From Bacteroidaceae bacterium (GTDB lineage: Bacteria > Bacteroidota > Bacteroidia > Bacteroidales > Bacteroidaceae), in contig JAKSIQ010000007.1 in NCBI GenBank assembly GCA_024398755.1, positions 2,531 through 66,530 of the forward strand: a DNA stretch of 64,000 bases, written 5' to 3'. Positions 11,391 to 21,042 of the stretch are shown here, piece by piece. The notes beneath the pieces are model-generated. The model was not told the DNA's origin. It saw only the letters and a list, made by a program, of their open reading frames with translations, and searched no databases. Every line of letters starts with the position of its first letter. Position 1 is the first letter of the stretch. The position numbers were made by a program, and so were the translations under genes.

Positions 11391-13265
11391 TCACCTGTTC
11401 AGCAGAACAAGAAGGACATTGATATCACTCGGAGAAACACCTGGAATACGGCTGGCCTGTGCCAGAGTCTCAGGGTCGTGTGAAATAAGCTTCTGGCGGC
11501 ATTCGGTTGAAAGCGACTGCAACGAGGCATAGTCAAAACGCCCTCTTATTCTGATGTCTTCAAGACGTTTCATTTTTGCTGCAATCTGCCTTTCACGATC
11601 AATATAACCGCTGTATTTGATTTGAATCTGGGCCGCCTCAACAATTTCATCCCTGCGTTGCGGATCAATTTTGTCAAGTCGGGCATGCAAAGCATTAATA
11701 TGCGGTGCAAGATTATCAAGAGTAAGCTCTGGGCGCTCTATCAGATCACGTATTTTGCAGCCTTCACGCAAAGGCGCTGTTCCCAATTGCTCGAGAGCAG
11801 GATTTATCAATGCCGGTTTTATAGGATATGTACTGGCAAATTCAATGAGTGACGCTATCTCGTCACGTTTGGAGCACATGGCTTCGTATCTGTCTGCTTT
11901 TGCAAGTCCGACATTGTACGAACGTTCGGTCAGGCGCAAATCGGCATCGTCCTGACGCAATAGTATTCTATATTCGGCCCTGGACGTAAACATTCTGTAT
12001 GGTTCGTCCACGCCTTTGGTTATAAGGTCATCAACAAGAACTCCAATATATGATTCGTCACGCCCCAAAGTGAACGGAACCCCGCCATGGCATGAGATAT
12101 GAGCATTGATACCGGCAAGTATGCCCTGCCCGCCCGCTTCCTCATATCCGGTCGTTCCATTTACCTGACCGGCCATGAAAAGACCGCCAACCACATTCGA
12201 TTCAAGATTGGCAGACAGTTGTGTCGGATCAAAATAGTCATATTCTATTGCATAGCCGGGACGGTATATGACAAGATCGCGGAACGCAGGTATTTCTTTC
12301 AGAGCACGTATCTGAACATCCATCGGCATGGAAGACGAAAAACCGTTCAGATACATTTCTCTGGTTTCAGTTCCTTCCGGCTCCAGAAACAGCTGATGCT
12401 GTTCCTTGTCCGGGAATGTGACAAGCTTGGTTTCTATGCTTGGACAATATCTTGGACCGATGCTTTTAATCTGACCGTTGAAAAGCGGTGAATCCGGCAG
12501 ACCTTTACGCAATTCCTCATGAACGCGTTCATTTGTGAAACATGTCCAGCAGCATAACTGTTCAAGATGCCTCTCGCTACCCATGAAAGAGAAACGATGG
12601 AAGTCATTTTCGCCTTCCTGTGGTTCCATGTCTTCAAAATGCACGCTTCGGCTGTCAATTCTGACCGGAGTACCGGTTTTCATTCTGCCGCTGCGTATTC
12701 CATGACGCGTTATCGATTCTGTAAGCCCGTACGATGCCGGCTCGGCTGTACGACCGCCAGGAATCTGGCATCGGCCAACATGTATAAGTCCGTTCAAAAA
12801 GGTTCCGGCGGTCAGAATAACACATTTGCACTGGAAAACGGCTCCCAACTGTGTTCTGACACCTGTTACATGGCCGTCAGAAACCAGCAGTTCTGTAACC
12901 ATATCCTGCCAGATATGCAGATTTTCCTGATTCTCAAGAACATTGCGCCATGCCCAAATGAACTTTCCACGGTCACATTGTGCTCTGGGGCTCCACATGG
13001 CAGGACCTTTAGACCGGTTCAGAATACGGAACTGTATGGCCGAACGGTCTGTTACAAGACCCATATGTCCGCCCAATGCATCAATTTCGCGGACAATCTG
13101 ACCTTTAGCAATGCCTCCGACAGCAGGATTGCAACTCATCTGACCGATTTTGTTCATGTCAATGGTAATGAGACAGGTTTTTGAACCCATCCCAGCCGAA
13201 GCGGCGGCGGCTTCACAACCGGCGTGACCCGCACCAATGACTACTACATCATACTTGAAATCCAT
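11391..13265 (-). CDS. mnmG: tRNA uridine-5-carboxymethylaminomethyl(34) synthesis enzyme
   Basis: YDVVVIGAGHAGCEAA FAD motif. Full-length GidA-like, 624 aa. Confidence 0.95.
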   Translation of the reverse strand: MDFKYDVVVIGAGHAGCEAAAASAGMGSKTCLITIDMNKIGQMSCNPAVGGIAKGQIVREIDALGGHMGLVTDRSAIQFRILNRSKGPAMWSPRAQCDRGKFIWAWRNVLENQENLHIWQDMVTELLVSDGHVTGVRTQLGAVFQCKCVILTAGTFLNGLIHVGRCQIPGGRTAEPASYGLTESITRHGIRSGRMKTGTPVRIDSRSVHFEDMEPQEGENDFHRFSFMGSERHLEQLCCWTCFTNERVHEELRKGLPDSPLFNGQIKSIGPRYCPSIETKLVTFPDKEQHQLFLEPEGTETREMYLNGFSSSMPMDVQIRALKEIPAFRDLVIYRPGYAIEYDYFDPTQLSANLESNVVGGLFMAGQVNGTTGYEEAGGQGILAGINAHISCHGGVPFTLGRDESYIGVLVDDLITKGVDEPYRMFTSRAEYRILLRQDDADLRLTERSYNVGLAKADRYEAMCSKRDEIASLIEFASTYPIKPALINPALEQLGTAPLREGCKIRDLIERPELTLDNLAPHINALHARLDKIDPQRRDEIVEAAQIQIKYSGYIDRERQIAAKMKRLEDIRIRGRFDYASLQSLSTECRQKLISHDPETLAQASRIPGVSPSDINVLLVLLNR

Positions 13266-13282
13266 TATGGCTTCAAAGATTC

Positions 13283-14254
13283 TTATCTGATTCTATCGAT
13301 TATGAGATTCAGAAAAGCTGCAAATGCAGCACGCTGTTGTGTTGAAACAGATGCTGGCAATACAGACAATGCCTGCAACTTTAACTGACGCATTTTTTCT
13401 ACAGCATAGTCCATTCCACCGTTGGATATACTATACCGTGTAATCTCTGATATTGTTTCCGGCGAAGCCGAAAGCGAACGTACTGACTTGACCTCTTCAG
13501 ACCAGTCACGTTCACTGTGGTTGATGGCATAGATGGACGGAAGCGTGAATTTGCCTTCTTTCAGATCATTGCCGCTTGCTTTACCGGTCTCACTGCAATC
13601 GTGATAGTCAAGAATATCATCCATTATCTGAAAACACAGTCCTGCCTTATGTGCAAAGTCGCCATATGCTGAAATATCTGCTTCGGATGCACCGGAAAGC
13701 TTTGCAGCCAAACGGGCGCTTACAGAAAACAGATAGGCCGTTTTTCTGGATATGATATCAAAATATACTTCTTCCGACAGAACAGGTGAATCCAAAGCTC
13801 CAATCTGGATTATTTCACCTTCGGAAAGAGTACCTATCAGCTTGGAAATTTCATCTATACAGTCAACATTGCCGGCCATTACAATCTGCTGCAGTGCCTG
13901 AGAGACAATGAAATCACCCAAAAGAACTGCCATCTTATTGTCAAATGCCGAATTGACCGATGGTTTTCCGCGACGCAGTTCACTTTCGTCAACTACATCA
14001 TCATGTATCAGACTACCCTGGTGCAACAGTTCAACCGAAGATGCAAGATGATAAATGCTGTCATTTACACAACCGTTGCATTTCGCCACAAGAAGCACAA
14101 GAATAGGACGCATCATCTTGCCTTTTCTGGTAAGAAGAAACTTAAGAAGTGTATCTATCTTCTTATCGGACGATGAAAAAACAAGAGAATAACGGCGTTT
14201 GAATTCTTCAAGTTCCTGACAGACAGGCGCAACAATTGTACTCAGATAATCCAT
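13283..14254 (-). CDS. Polyprenyl diphosphate synthase (trans-IPPS, long-chain type)
   Basis: First and second Asp-rich motifs: LIHDDVVDE and QIMDDILD. Confidence 0.85.
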   Translation of the reverse strand: MDYLSTIVAPVCQELEEFKRRYSLVFSSSDKKIDTLLKFLLTRKGKMMRPILVLLVAKCNGCVNDSIYHLASSVELLHQGSLIHDDVVDESELRRGKPSVNSAFDNKMAVLLGDFIVSQALQQIVMAGNVDCIDEISKLIGTLSEGEIIQIGALDSPVLSEEVYFDIISRKTAYLFSVSARLAAKLSGASEADISAYGDFAHKAGLCFQIMDDILDYHDCSETGKASGNDLKEGKFTLPSIYAINHSERDWSEEVKSVRSLSASPETISEITRYSISNGGMDYAVEKMRQLKLQALSVLPASVSTQQRAAFAAFLNLIIDRIR

Positions 14255-14341
14255 AACAGCGCAAAATTAGCAAAAATAGATGGTAAAGGAGAATTTGATT
14301 TTGTACTTTTGAGAAACTAACCGAAAAGGCTTTTTGCAAAT

Positions 14342-17230
14342 ATGGACAAACTGTTTCTGATAGATGCCTACGCGTTGATTTTCAGATCATATTACGCATT
14401 CATAAAAAACCCGCGAATCAATTCGAAAGGACTGAACACCAGTGCAATTCTAGGTTTTGTAAATACTCTTGAAGAAATTCTGGCCAAAGAAAACCCCAGC
14501 CATATTGCAGTGGCGTTCGACCCGAAGGGCGGTACTTTCCGTCACGAACTGTACAAGGAATACAAAGCCCAAAGAGAAGAGACTCCCGAAGTAATACGTC
14601 AGTCAGTACCAATAATAAAGGACATTCTGAACGCGTACAACATCAGAATATATGAAGTCCCCGGATTTGAAGCTGACGATGTCATTGGAACCCTATCACA
14701 CCAGGCCGATACTCTTGGAGGAATAACCACATATATGATGACTCCCGACAAGGACTATTGCCAACTTGTTTCCGACAGTTCTTTCGTATACAGACCAAGA
14801 TTTGGAGACAAGGGGTATGACATTCTGGGTATTCCACAGGTGTTGGAAAAATACGGACTGGAAAATACACTGCAAGTCATTGACATGCTCGGACTGATGG
14901 GTGACAGCGCTGACAATATTCCAGGCTGCCCTGGTGTTGGAGAAAAGACTGCCATAAAACTTATAAATGAATTTGGCGGAATAGACGGACTGCTGGCAAA
15001 TACCGACAAACTGAAAGGAGCGCTGAAAGACAAAGTGGAAAAAGGTCGCGAACAGATTATCTTCAGCCGCATGCTGGCAACAATAAAAACCGATGTGCCT
15101 GTTGAACTTAATATGGACGATTTGAAGAGACGCGAACCTGATACCGCAAAACTTACACAACTTTTCCAGGATCTTGAATTCCGTTCTCTTTTCAAGAAAC
15201 ACACCGTTGCGCCCGGAACCGATACTGAATTGCCGCTAGAAAAAATACAATCCATTGAACAGAATGACAATCGGCCGACAAATTCAAAAAGGTCAAAAAA
15301 AGAACAGGGATTTCACGGTGATCTGTTCGGCGGAGAATCAGAAGCTGAAAGTGACCGGAACAACGTCGATTTGTTCAGCCAAACTCAGGAGTCTGACGGA
15401 AACAAAAGTGTTTTTCAAAATCTCAGCGACATAAACTCTATTGGTCATAACTATTATCTTATTGATAATGAAGTAGATGCACGTAGAATTAGTGAAATTT
15501 TACTTACAAGTGATTATATCTGCTTTGATACTGAAACCACAAGCACAAACGCAATTCAAGCCAAAATTGTTGGAATTAGTTTTTCAATAAAAGAACATGA
15601 GGCTTGGTTCGTCAGTCTGACAGGTACCGAAGATGAAAAACGCCGGATATTGGAAATATTCAAACCTGTTCTTGAGAATCCGAATATTTTGAAGATAGGA
15701 CAGAACTTGAAATATGACATACTTGTTCTTTCCGGATATGGAATAGATGTTGAAGGCCAGATGTTCGATACAATGATAGCCCACTATGTATTACAGCCTG
15801 AAATGAAACATGGCATGGACTATCTGGCAGAAATTTATCTCGGCTACAGAACCATTCCCATAGAAAGTCTTATTGGAGAAGGAAGGTCTCAGAAGAATAT
15901 GTCTGAATTGTCTGCCTTACAGATATATGAATATGCATGCGAAGACGCAGACATTACACTTCAGCTGAAACCGATTCTGGAAAAGGAACTGGAAAAGGAC
16001 GGTACTGTGAAACCATTCACTGAAATAGAAATGCCGCTTGTAAAGGTTCTGGCATATATGGAACGAAACGGAGTGAGAATAGATCCTGCATCGCTGGCTG
16101 AAACATCAGAACTGTTCTCCAGACGCATGGCAGAAATTGAAGAAAAGATTTATTCTTTAGCCGGAACAAAATTCAACATACTGTCACCAAAACAGGTAGG
16201 TGAAATTCTGTTTGAAAGCATGCACATAATGGACAAACCTAAAAAAACAAAGACAGGCCAATATGTGACATCAGAAGAAGTACTTGAAACATTAAGAGCT
16301 GACAATCAAATTGTTGACGAAATACTTAAATATCGCGGTCTGAAAAAACTGCTGGGAACATATGTCGATGCTTTACCACAGATTGTAAATCATGATACAG
16401 GAAAAATACACACATCCTTCAACCAGGCTGTAACTGCAACAGGACGCTTGAGTTCCACAAATCCGAATCTTCAGAATATTCCAGTGCGCGATGAAGATGG
16501 AAAAGAAGTCCGCAAGGCTTTCATTGCCGAAGATGGATGCAAATTCTTCAGTGCGGATTATTCGCAGATTGAATTACGTATCATGGCACATCTCAGCGGT
16601 GATGAAAGTATGATTGAAGATTTCCTGAAAGGACATGACATCCATACTGCCACTGCTGCAAAAGTGTTCAAAAAAAGAATTGAAGATGTAACAAAACAGG
16701 AACGCAGTAGAGCCAAAACAGCTAACTTCGGAATCATTTACGGCATTTCTGCTTTCGGTCTTGCACAACGTATGGGAGTAAGCCGGACTGAAGCCAAACA
16801 GATTATTGACAGCTATTTCGTAACATACAGCGGAGTGAAGAAGTATATGGAACATTCCATTGAAATAGCCAGAAATAACGGGTACATCACTACCCTTACC
16901 GGACGTAAGCGCTATCTGCCCGATATACTTTCACATAATGCAACTGTAAGAGGTTTTGCAGAAAGAAATGCCATAAATGCCCCTATTCAAGGCAGCGCTG
17001 CCGATATCATAAAAAAGGCAATGATTGCAATATTCGACCGTTTCAAAAAAGAAAAATTGAAATCAACCATGATACTCCAAGTACATGATGAACTCAATTT
17101 CAATGTAGTTCCAGGAGAAGAGGAAATTGTACAGTCAATAGTAATTGAGGAAATGCAGAATGCCTGGCCTATGAGAATACCGCTTATTGCAGATTGCGGA
17201 TGGGGGAACAACTGGCTGGAAGCTCACTGA
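14342..17230 (+). CDS. polA: DNA polymerase I
   Basis: 962 aa with a 5'-nuclease N-terminus, a 3'-5' exo-like region and a Pol A palm (DYSQIELRIMAH, QVHDEL). Confidence 0.95.
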   Translation: MDKLFLIDAYALIFRSYYAFIKNPRINSKGLNTSAILGFVNTLEEILAKENPSHIAVAFDPKGGTFRHELYKEYKAQREETPEVIRQSVPIIKDILNAYNIRIYEVPGFEADDVIGTLSHQADTLGGITTYMMTPDKDYCQLVSDSSFVYRPRFGDKGYDILGIPQVLEKYGLENTLQVIDMLGLMGDSADNIPGCPGVGEKTAIKLINEFGGIDGLLANTDKLKGALKDKVEKGREQIIFSRMLATIKTDVPVELNMDDLKRREPDTAKLTQLFQDLEFRSLFKKHTVAPGTDTELPLEKIQSIEQNDNRPTNSKRSKKEQGFHGDLFGGESEAESDRNNVDLFSQTQESDGNKSVFQNLSDINSIGHNYYLIDNEVDARRISEILLTSDYICFDTETTSTNAIQAKIVGISFSIKEHEAWFVSLTGTEDEKRRILEIFKPVLENPNILKIGQNLKYDILVLSGYGIDVEGQMFDTMIAHYVLQPEMKHGMDYLAEIYLGYRTIPIESLIGEGRSQKNMSELSALQIYEYACEDADITLQLKPILEKELEKDGTVKPFTEIEMPLVKVLAYMERNGVRIDPASLAETSELFSRRMAEIEEKIYSLAGTKFNILSPKQVGEILFESMHIMDKPKKTKTGQYVTSEEVLETLRADNQIVDEILKYRGLKKLLGTYVDALPQIVNHDTGKIHTSFNQAVTATGRLSSTNPNLQNIPVRDEDGKEVRKAFIAEDGCKFFSADYSQIELRIMAHLSGDESMIEDFLKGHDIHTATAAKVFKKRIEDVTKQERSRAKTANFGIIYGISAFGLAQRMGVSRTEAKQIIDSYFVTYSGVKKYMEHSIEIARNNGYITTLTGRKRYLPDILSHNATVRGFAERNAINAPIQGSAADIIKKAMIAIFDRFKKEKLKSTMILQVHDELNFNVVPGEEEIVQSIVIEEMQNAWPMRIPLIADCGWGNNWLEAH

Positions 17231-17781
17231 CCGGTCTGGTGAAATACCGATTCCAAATGTCTGGCAAATTCCCAGACGGCAATTCCTGCACTGACAGATA
17301 CATTCAGCGAATGTTTTGTACCGAATTGTGGTATTTCAAGTGAAAAATCACTTGCATCTACAACTTCCTGACTTACACCATGAACTTCATTGCCTAATAC
17401 AAGTGCATACTTTTTTTCTAATGAAGGAATGAAAGTATCAAGTTTTACACTTTCATGTACCTGCTCAAGTGATACTATGGTATATCCCTGTCTTTTCAAA
17501 TCAATGACTGTTTCAACAGTATCCTTTGAATAAGACCACGATACAGTTTCTTCAGCACCTAATGCTGTTTTATGAATTTCCACCAGATTGTTTTCCGGAG
17601 TAGCGGTTATACCGCAAAGAATTATTTTTTCAAGACGGAAAGCATCGGCAGTTCTGAATACTGAACCAACATTATATAAACTCCTTACATTATCCAGAAT
17701 CAATGTAAGTGGAAGTTTTCTGCTATGAATGAACTGTTCTACATCCATTCTTCCCATTTCTTCTATTTCAAGTTTTTTCAT
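17224..17781 (-). CDS. TrmH/SpoU-family RNA 2'-O-methyltransferase
   Basis: SPOUT motifs: NVGSVFRTADAF, LVLGNEVHGVS, SLNVSVSAGIAV. Confidence 0.8.
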   Translation of the reverse strand: MKKLEIEEMGRMDVEQFIHSRKLPLTLILDNVRSLYNVGSVFRTADAFRLEKIILCGITATPENNLVEIHKTALGAEETVSWSYSKDTVETVIDLKRQGYTIVSLEQVHESVKLDTFIPSLEKKYALVLGNEVHGVSQEVVDASDFSLEIPQFGTKHSLNVSVSAGIAVWEFARHLESVFHQTGQ

Positions 17782-18119
17782 TGGAACAGTCTGTTGAAAA
17801 TATGTTTATAATTCAATATTTCTGTTGATAAGAAACAACACTTATGGTGAAAAACAGTTTATAAATTCAATATAAATAATGAGTGTAAAAATTGCTATTG
17901 AAAAAACATCATATATACAGAATAAAAAATGAAAAACACATGTTGACAAGCATATTTTATATCAATGGTTTTCCAACAGATAATCAACAGGTAAAAAACA
18001 TAAAAAACTATGATACAAGTATTCCATTCAATGATTTCATGATATTATCAACAATATGAACAGACATAAAATAACAAATTGGAATTAAAAATTTAAATAG
18101 ACATACATATTCATATTTG

Positions 18120-20471
18120 TCATCTGATGACTGTTATTGAAACGCTTTCTGATAATGATTCTTCAGAATTTGTGACTATTGCCTGATAAACTCCAGTCGG
18201 TACTTTTCTTCCAGCCTGATCATTAAGATTCCATGAAACACTGCCTCCATTGGAGCGGCTCTGGAATAAAAGTCTTCCTTCTCCATTCACTATTTTTACA
18301 ATTGAATTTTCAGTCAGTCCTGTGATGGTTACAAAGTCTTCATATTCCGGCAAGACAGGATTAGGATAAACGCTCATATTTGAACTTACAAGCGTTTTCT
18401 CGGCTTGTCTGGCTTGTCCTCCATACTGGGCTATTCCGAGCTCAGTACAGAAGAAAACAGACCCGTCACGACTGTCTTCTGTTATAGTAATGATATTGTT
18501 GCTTGGAAGCGGACTGTTGTCTGTAGTGAAATGTTCAATGGTTTCTGTTCCATCTTCACTTAAAAGGAAAACTCCGTCATTCATTGTGCCTATCCATTTT
18601 CTGTTTCCTTCATCAATATGGATAGTTGTTGTAAAGGTGCCATCAAACAGATAGTCTGCCAGATTGCTGCCATCATTTCTGCTGATTTTGATTCTTTCGA
18701 ATACGGAATTGTCATTATTTATGAAAGAATCGGGATTACGTAAAACAAAAATACCATAATTCGTACAAATCCACATGTCACCGTTCAAATCGAAATCATA
18801 GTCAAAAATGTCATTGATTTCTTCGGTTTTACCGTCCTGATTGGTGAATTTCGGACCGGAAAATCTGATTCTGTCATCAGCTGTATTGTTTATGGTTCCA
18901 TTGTAATCAATGGCAACGATTCCAGGTATATATCTTGATGAATTTATCCATATTACTCCATTTTTGTCCTGTTTCATCTGTTTGTACGTAGGTAAGCCGG
19001 AAAGTTCAGGATAATACAGTTTTTTCCATGTTCCTTCGGGAGTAAGTATTTTGATTATGGTATCAATTTCATTGTTTGTCATCCACAGATTACCTGACTT
19101 GTCAAACATCAGACTGCTTACGCTGACGTAGTCATAAGGATGTGACGGAATTATGGTTTCAAGTCCGCTGTTGTCCCATGTATAATGATGAACGAATCTG
19201 CCGTCTTCAAATTCATACAATCCCTGTCTTGCAGAACCTACAAATACTCTTGAAGGATTATTGGGGTCTTGTGCAGCTTCGGTAAGGTCTATATATTTCA
19301 ATCCTGTAATATCACTTACATTTTCATCAAAGTAATTCCAATTGTCATCTTCAAATGTCATTACAGTACCGGGCCAGACAATACCCTGATAGTTCTGACA
19401 TCCTCCAATTGCAAGCATCTTTCCGGGTGCAGGCCAGGAAACTGAATGAATCCAATTGCGGCGTGGACTGTTCGGTTTGATGTATGCTGCTGTACATACC
19501 GCTTTCCCATCGGAACCTGACAAAGGATCTTCAATTCTGTAACGCGCCAATCCGTCTATACCGTGCACAGCCCATAATTCATTATTCCATATTACCGCAT
19601 TATTTGTTTTGAACGGTAATTTGAATGAAACGAAACTGTCAGGTGATACATATTTGTAAGCGGTGCTGTCGGTATTGACAACCATACCTTCTTTACTGAT
19701 GACAGGCAGGTTGTCAACTTTTGTGGAAATGAGTTTTTTCAGATACCAGTAATATGTATCGGTAATTCTAAAAAATGCATGTTCGTATGAATAGGCGAAA
19801 ATGGAATTGTCATAGGTGACAGCACCGGCAAGTTTAATAGTTCTGACGGTTCTCCATGAATTTGGATCGAGAAGGTTGACTTGTCCTATGGTGGCTCCCA
19901 TAATGGAATCGGCAGTCACACAGAACAGTTCATTTCCAAGTTTTACTGCAGAATTGACCTGTGAAGTGAAATTGTAACAGGCACTGATTTCACGTTTTCC
20001 AACGTTGAACTGGACAAGTCTGTCTCCAATTGGAATGAAAGCGGTATCACCGTATATGTTCATATTGCCAACTTTTACGCTTCCTGAATTGCTTATTACA
20101 ATGTCGGGGCAGTTGTACATGGTACCATCTTCATAAAGAAGGTCAATATTGCCGTTGGAATAGGCCAGAATAAGAGTGTTCACCGTTTCACAGAAGGCAA
20201 TAGAGGCTATGTTGACATCGGACAGACCGCCTGTCTTGTCATAGGTGAAGACAGCGTTTTCATTGTCGGCGGGACTGTATGAATAAAGTGATCCGTCACT
20301 CAGAACAAACAGTTGTCCGAAAGCCGGTACTATGCGTTCCGCATTGTTATACGCGGGATGCAGTTTCCATGTGCCTATTGGCAGAGTTTCGGCATGTCCA
20401 GTTGGAAAAGACAAAAGGAGCACCGCTGCAAGTGCTGCAGCGAATGCTCCCTTATGTGTGAATCTTATCAT
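18120..20471 (-). CDS. Double beta-propeller protein with T9SS C-terminal sorting domain (PorZ-like)
   Basis: Signal peptide, about 690 aa of Reg_prop-like repeats, and a CTD with [15 protein letters not shown] and a terminal SITVIR. Size (783 aa) and architecture match P. gingivalis PorZ as I remember it. Confidence 0.55.
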   Translation of the reverse strand: MIRFTHKGAFAAALAAVLLLSFPTGHAETLPIGTWKLHPAYNNAERIVPAFGQLFVLSDGSLYSYSPADNENAVFTYDKTGGLSDVNIASIAFCETVNTLILAYSNGNIDLLYEDGTMYNCPDIVISNSGSVKVGNMNIYGDTAFIPIGDRLVQFNVGKREISACYNFTSQVNSAVKLGNELFCVTADSIMGATIGQVNLLDPNSWRTVRTIKLAGAVTYDNSIFAYSYEHAFFRITDTYYWYLKKLISTKVDNLPVISKEGMVVNTDSTAYKYVSPDSFVSFKLPFKTNNAVIWNNELWAVHGIDGLARYRIEDPLSGSDGKAVCTAAYIKPNSPRRNWIHSVSWPAPGKMLAIGGCQNYQGIVWPGTVMTFEDDNWNYFDENVSDITGLKYIDLTEAAQDPNNPSRVFVGSARQGLYEFEDGRFVHHYTWDNSGLETIIPSHPYDYVSVSSLMFDKSGNLWMTNNEIDTIIKILTPEGTWKKLYYPELSGLPTYKQMKQDKNGVIWINSSRYIPGIVAIDYNGTINNTADDRIRFSGPKFTNQDGKTEEINDIFDYDFDLNGDMWICTNYGIFVLRNPDSFINNDNSVFERIKISRNDGSNLADYLFDGTFTTTIHIDEGNRKWIGTMNDGVFLLSEDGTETIEHFTTDNSPLPSNNIITITEDSRDGSVFFCTELGIAQYGGQARQAEKTLVSSNMSVYPNPVLPEYEDFVTITGLTENSIVKIVNGEGRLLFQSRSNGGSVSWNLNDQAGRKVPTGVYQAIVTNSEESLSESVSITVIR

Positions 20472-21037
20472 AAGCTTTTCAAATATTCAGCCAGTTTCCC
20501 TACGGCTCTGGCACGGTGACTTATGTTGTTTTTTTCCGGCCCCATTTCTGCAAAGGTCAGGTTGTACCCTTCCGGTACGAATACAGGATCATAACCGAAT
20601 CCGCCGTTTCCGTGACGTTCTTCCAATATGCTGCCTTTTACAATTCCTTCGAACAGAAGTTCCTTTCCGTCAAGAAGTAACGCAACAACCGTACGGAATT
20701 GTGCGCTACGGTCCGACTTGTTCTCCAGTTCACTCAGCAATTTGCGCATATTGGCTTCTGAATCATGGTCTCCGGCATAACGGGCCGAATGGACTCCGGG
20801 TGCTCCGTCAAGAGCCGTGACTTCCAGACCGGTATCATCGGCAAAACAGTCAAGTCCGTAGTGGTCTTTGACCCAGTGGGCCTTCTGCAGTGCGTTGCCT
20901 TCAAAGGTATCGGCTGTTTCAGGAATGTCGTCATGACAGCTTATTTCAGCCAGTGAGACCACCTCGAAGCCGGGTCCCAGAATCTGGCGCACTTCGTCCA
21001 GTTTGTGGGCGTTGTTTGTTGCAAAGACCAGCTTCAT
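20468..21037 (-). CDS. rdgB: Non-canonical purine NTP pyrophosphatase (dITP/XTP)
   Basis: [28 protein letters not shown] motifs. Confidence 0.9.
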   Translation of the reverse strand: MKLVFATNNAHKLDEVRQILGPGFEVVSLAEISCHDDIPETADTFEGNALQKAHWVKDHYGLDCFADDTGLEVTALDGAPGVHSARYAGDHDSEANMRKLLSELENKSDRSAQFRTVVALLLDGKELLFEGIVKGSILEERHGNGGFGYDPVFVPEGYNLTFAEMGPEKNNISHRARAVGKLAEYLKSL

Positions 21038-21042
21038 AAGCG

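Noticed and set aside
17879-17932. 17-codon mini-ORF (MSVKIAIEKTSYIQNKK) in the AT-rich island
   Set aside because: ORFs of this size are expected by chance. It has no promoter or conservation evidence.
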